DNA of 64,000 nucleotides, from assembly GCF_009914755.1 (NCBI RefSeq), contig NC_060933.1; one strand, given 5' to 3'. Position 1 is the first letter of the stretch; every line of letters starts with the position of its first letter. The position numbers were made by a program, and so were the translations under genes. Below, piece after piece: positions 55,778 through 64,000 of this stretch. This stretch comes from the human T2T-CHM13v2.0 reference genome, Homo sapiens. A model generated the notes under the pieces. That model saw only the letters and a program-made list of their open reading frames with translations, made no database searches and was not told the DNA's origin.

Positions 55778-56446
55778 TTAGAGTGAAATCGAACATGGGG
55801 AGAATGATGGATTGCACTTTTAACCTTTTTGCATGTCTCCATATTATAGCAATCATGTTTTACATCTGTAATTTTAAAAAAAGAACACGATTATTTGTTA
55901 AATGCCAACAAAATCTGTGGAAAATGCAGAAATGTATATAGAAGTAAACAGCCTTAAAGTCACTACTCAGAAATATTTAGCTTATGAACCTATTTCTCTT
56001 TTGGATTTTTGTCCTTCAGCATAGATTAATTTCAAATAATTATAAAGCTACATTATATATAGTTTTATTTACTTTTGTGGGGAGGGGGCTTAGCCTCACA
56101 TTATAAGCATTTTCCCATACCATTGAAATATATAAGAGTGTACTTTTAAAACTGTACATTTAAACTATACTAGAATTATTTTGATATATTTTCTGTAAAG
56201 GAGAAGATGGCACACCTTAGACTGGAATTAACATTGACAGAGCCACGGAGCAATTTCAGAGACCTCAAACACAAGTGAGGCAACGTGCTCACTCCCCATG
56301 GCCACTGACGTGTCACAGAAGGCAAATGTGGTGCTAAGCAGCACCTCACAGGCTGAGCTACAGGGAATTATACACTGGAACAGTGTTTCTGTCTTTTTGT
56401 AATATTCTTTTTTTTTTTTTTTTTTTTTTTTTTTCCATAATTTCAG

Positions 56447-56531
56447 GGACAGCCAAGATAGAAACAGCTGTGACTTCAACCCCATCTGCTTCTGGGCAGT
56501 TCAGCAAGCCTTTCTCATTTTCTCCATCAGG
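56447..56531 (+). CDS. NUP214: NUP214 exon 27 (85 nt): (G)[27 protein letters not shown]
   Basis: T27 tract then tttcag|, GG|gtcagt. Confidence 0.96.
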
Positions 56532-56896
56532 GTCAGTAATGAACTTAAGTTTTATGGCAAATTACTAGCAATTAGCTTCCCCAAATCTTACAATTATAGA
56601 TATATTTATTTACTTATTAAATGTGTATGAACCCAGAGTTCTTACCATGGCAGTAATACATGTGATGATAGTGGCAGTAGTTTAATGTTCTCATGTAAAT
56701 CGATTTTCCCTTTGCAATTCAAGTTAATACTTGTTTGTTACATATTTGTGTATCTGTTTTGTTTTTTAGCCTAAGCCTCATTTTCTTTGAGTAATGAGTC
56801 TGCTAAATTCTGTAGTTCATCTAGTTTGTCACACTGAGATGTTTCCATTCTGACACCATTTTGGGGGCTAGATGTGACATTCAAATTGACTTTGCT

Positions 56897-57211
<315 letters not shown>

Positions 57212-57852
57212 TTACTGCATCGAGAGTACAGTATACTAAACTTAGAGAATGTAATGAAAGATAATAGGCATTTGAAATTTGAGGTTTTATATAGATGTGG
57301 AGGAATCTGTTTCCGTTTCTTTAAAAAATAATAATAATAATGATGGCTGTACTTGTAAAGTTGAGTTGTTTTTAAAAATGAAAGAATCTTCTATACCTTA
57401 TCTCAAGATGAGCCTTTGTTAAGGTGCCTGTTCTCTGTGCCCTGAGCGCTCATGTTGAAACCTGTGTGAGCTGCTGAAGCATTGGGTTAGACTCTGTGGA
57501 ACTGAGATCAAAATGTGTCAAAAGGATTTTTTGCCATTGAAGCATTGTGCATTCAGTTCCTTAGAAAAGCCTCTTAAGTTCTTCAGTTTATGCTTTTGTA
57601 ACTAGGAGCATATTAACCAGTCTCTTTTTCCTGATTTTAATATATTTTTTGAGTGTCCTTCAGCCTAAGGAGAAAAGAGGGTATTAGAATATTATTTGAG
57701 GGGGAAAGTAATACATATATTTTTTCTTTATTATAAATCATTATGTTTTATGCTTCCCAAAGGTAATTTGCAGCAAATTTTAAAGAGTAGGTCAATGCCA
57801 AGAATTATTGCATCCTTTACAGATGGCTAATAATCAGTCTTCTGTGAAATGA

Positions 57853-58208
<356 letters not shown>

Positions 58209-58411
58209 TAAAATAACCCAGAAAAGGTGGGGTCATTGAATCAATGGCTTGACACTATTAGATAAAATTTTTTCACTAAGAAAGGTTGTGTTTTTTTTTT
58301 TATTTTTAATATGATGGGCAAAGGTGTCTAAGTTATTACATTATTTAGTATATTTGATGTGCTTGGTTCGTTATATTTTAAAGCTAGTTTGAAATCTGCA
58401 ATTTGAACTTT

Positions 58412-58776
58412 GCGTGTGTGTGTGTGTGAGATAGAGCAAGATTCTGTCTCAAAAAAAAAAAAAAGGTGCAGTGGTACAGTCATGGCTCACTACAACCTCC
58501 ACCCCCAGGACTGAAGTGATCCTCCTGCCTTAGCCCCCCGAATAACTGGGACTACAGGTGCGCGCCACCACACCTGGCTGATTTTTGTTTTTTAATTTTT
58601 CGGTTTTGGTTTTTGGGGGTTTTTGTTTTTGTTTGTTTGGTTTTTGGGTTTTTGTTTTTGTTTTGTAGAAACAGGGTTCCACCATGTTGCCTAGGCTGGT
58701 CTCAAACTCCTGGGCTCAAAGGATTAACCTGCCTCAGCCTCTCAAAATGCTGGGATGTGAGCCACCATGCCTGGCC
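58412..58776 (-). mobile_element. AluJ with a rearranged (inverted) 3' end
   Basis: Antisense body from 58466; sense-oriented tail piece at 58428-58464. Confidence 0.82.
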
Positions 58777-59407
58777 TGAGTTTTTATCACAGTGAATAAT
58801 CTGTTCTGATTCACACTCGCGTGGGATTTTCTTCCTTAGCTATGGTGTCTTCACTTACAGTGTAAAGAAAACGTACAAAAGGAGAGAGGAGATGGTGAAA
58901 GGAGTCACAAAGTTTTTGAACTAGATTTTCCTAGCCGTAAAACTCAGTTCTGTCAAAATGACTGAGTTAGGGCTTCTATTTCATTGTATCCATTGTTTTC
59001 CCTAGCAGTGTGGGGCTCTCTGACATGCTTGTTGGTCTTGGAGGGGTTCTGAGAGGCTCTCCCTAGTCTTAAGTGCTTCTGTCTTACCAGACCTTCCTTC
59101 TGTCCCCTCACTTAACAGACCATCTGCTCCGGCCACCATTCCCACATGCACATTTGTCATGTGTCTCTACTGCTGCAGCTTTGCTCATCTTGCAAGAAGT
59201 CCCCACTCAAACTTCTGCTACAGAAAGCCCAGCCATCCCCCAATGGGCTCTCAACTGCTATCCCTGTCGTATCTCACACACAAACTGCTTCTCTGCTTAG
59301 AGATCATAGAGTGGCCTTACTGCTTCTGAGATAGGTGCTTTGACTCTGTTGTCATTTATCTTCTAGATTGTAAATTCCTGAGGGCGGTTTGTATGAATGA
59401 ATGATAA

Positions 59408-59614
<207 letters not shown>

Positions 59615-59989
59615 TAGTATTTGACTTGTTCCTGAATCTTACTTACAGTATCTGCAATAAGCTCAGTGTTGATAATGTGCATTAGAAATATGCTTAATTT
59701 AAGAAACTGATGTGAAGGATTTCTATTTTTATAATTAAGGACAAGGAAAGGATTTGCTTCTAGAAAATCAGGGCTGTGCTTTAACATTTAAATGTTAACA
59801 TGTGAATTAAAATTTCTCCATTTTTTGTCTGTAATTTAAAATTTCTTCAATTTATAGGGTGATTCTGTAGGGCAAGATAGACATGGTAATAGATAGACTG
59901 TAGAAATGAAAGACCAAACTCGTTTTTTTCCTTGATAACATACCAGCAAACACACTCATCCCATGCATGTTGTTAAAAATCCATCAATA

Positions 59990-60311
59990 GACTGGGCGCG
60001 GTGGCTCACGCCTATAATCCCAGCACTTTGGGAGGCCGAGGCAGGCGGATCACCTGAGGTCAGGAGTTCAAGACCAGCCTGACCAACATGGAGAAACCCC
60101 GTGTCTACTAAAAATACAAAATTAGCCAGCCGTGGTGGCGCATACCTATAATCCCAGCTACTCAGGAGGCTGAGGCAGGAGAATTGCTTGAACCTGGGAG
60201 GCAAGGTTGCAGTGAGCCAAGATTGTGCCATTGCACTCCAGCCTGGGCAACAAGAGTGAAACTCTGTGTGTCCCTCTCCCCCCCCCCCCCCCCCCCCCCC
60301 CCGCCAAAAAA
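59990..60311 (+). mobile_element. AluSp-like element whose tail is a C25 run
   Basis: Consensus; TSD aaaaatccatcaatag at 59975 and 60307. Confidence 0.92.
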
Positions 60312-60414
60312 TCCATCAATAGCATGTTTTTAACATTTAAAAGAATTTGAAGCCCTATAAAGAAACCAGATCTATTTGTTAAGTGCCTTTCAGTTATCCG
60401 TTTATGATTAAGTC

Positions 60415-60721
<307 letters not shown>

Positions 60722-61400
60722 TCGTTACTCTTGTATTTATTAACCACTGTTGTTTGACCAGGCCTTATGGGTGCTTTACCCATATTTCCTGCGATCTTTG
60801 TAACAGCACAATGAAGGTAGGTATTGTAATGATCTAGATTTTCCAAATGGGGGAATTGAGGCTCAGAGAGGTAAAGCAACCTTTCCAGATTCACACAACC
60901 AGCGAGTGGCAGAGTGCATAGCTCCAGAGCCCATGTCCTTGACCACCAGACCGTACTGCCTCTGTCAAATAGCTGACTTAGTAGAGCACTAATAAGTAGC
61001 CATTAATTGTACATAAAAATGATTTTCTGTGGACTGACACTTTATTTGCTCATAAAAATGAAGGAAGAACTTCCATTTTGAATCAAGTCCTGGTCTATCA
61101 GGAGGTCCACAGGCCATTGCTGTGCTGAGGATGTTATTAAGGAAAGCACACAGCTAGGGTAAATTAAGGGAAGAGGCTTTTTTATTTCTCTTTGGGATAA
61201 TATGTTAATTTCACATATTCTAGATATTTTGTATTTGTTGTGATTTAATGGTCATAAAAAAAGTATTTTTTCCTTTTCACCTCAGACGACTCAGAGCTGA
61301 TGTTTGTGTGGAGAAGCACTCATTCCACCTCCTTAGAGAAAGCTGCTGTGAGAACAAGGCACCCTGACTCTGTAGAGGGAGGAGAGAAACTTTGGCTTAG

Positions 61401-63329
<1,929 letters not shown>

Positions 63330-64000
63330 TAGCAACAGACCCCTATTACTTTTGTAATTAAAGGGGAGACTCAAAACCCAAAAATAATCTGTAGGTTAAA
63401 GAAGACAGCTTGGAGCACATGTGGTCTCAGGAACTTGTTTGGCCTAATTGGCTGGATCTGTTACAGCTTAATGCAGCTCCAGTTTTGCTTCTTAGCAAAT
63501 TGTCCACTCTGCAAGCCACCAGAGTGTGTTTCATGGGGAAAAATCAAGCATCTTTAGTTGAGGTCCTGCCAAGTAATTTAATGAACAATAAATAGGAAAT
63601 TTCAAATTTGGAAGGCACTGTAGAGATCATTATACCCAAAGCTGTCAAGCCTCAAGGAGACTGCTCTAATGTCAGGATAGTGCCAGTGGAACCAGCAGGA
63701 GAGTCCAAGTGTCATCATAGTCCACCGCCCTGCCAGTGTTTTCTGTCTCCTCTGACACCATCTTTCTTACTGTAATGGCAGTCACTGACATTTGATTTGG
63801 GTTCTTTTCTATTTTCAGTGTTATGACTTTTTGTAAAAACTACAGTTTACTGTTTTTGACAGTGAAACCTAATTCTTCTCTATTGCATTTTCCATTTTAG
63901 CAGCTACTTTTACTTCTAAAAGTTATCAATAAGCAAGGCAATTTGAAAATCTGTCCTGAGATTTGCTTTCTGAAAGTTATCTTATGAAAGGTAATTCTTC

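Overview
Human (primate) genomic DNA lying entirely inside NUP214 (CAN, nucleoporin 214 kDa, 9q34), gene on the + strand. The window holds 21 consecutive coding exons (exons 9-29 by the usual numbering; about aa 313-1841 of the 2090-aa protein). All have GT-AG boundaries and join into one uninterrupted frame: end of the beta-propeller, Ser/Pro-rich linker with FxFG motifs, coiled-coil (Nup88/Nup62 binding), and the start of the FG domain (1800-nt exon 29). Introns are rich in Alu (mostly antisense), L1, L2/MIR and DNA-transposon fossils. Intron 17 (16129-23616) is the known DEK-/SET-NUP214 breakpoint intron. I found no RNA gene or independent second gene, and no new biological system is proven by the sequence. 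The best leads concern splicing and isoforms: (1) an internal coding first exon in intron 26 predicting a 916-aa FG-only NUP214; (2) candidate in-frame microexons or poison exons in repeat-free islands of introns 21, 24 and 26; (3) an apparent template-switch micro-inversion at an Alu end. Exon numbers, repeat subfamilies and literature facts come from memory or by-eye matching. Repeat boundaries are approximate.
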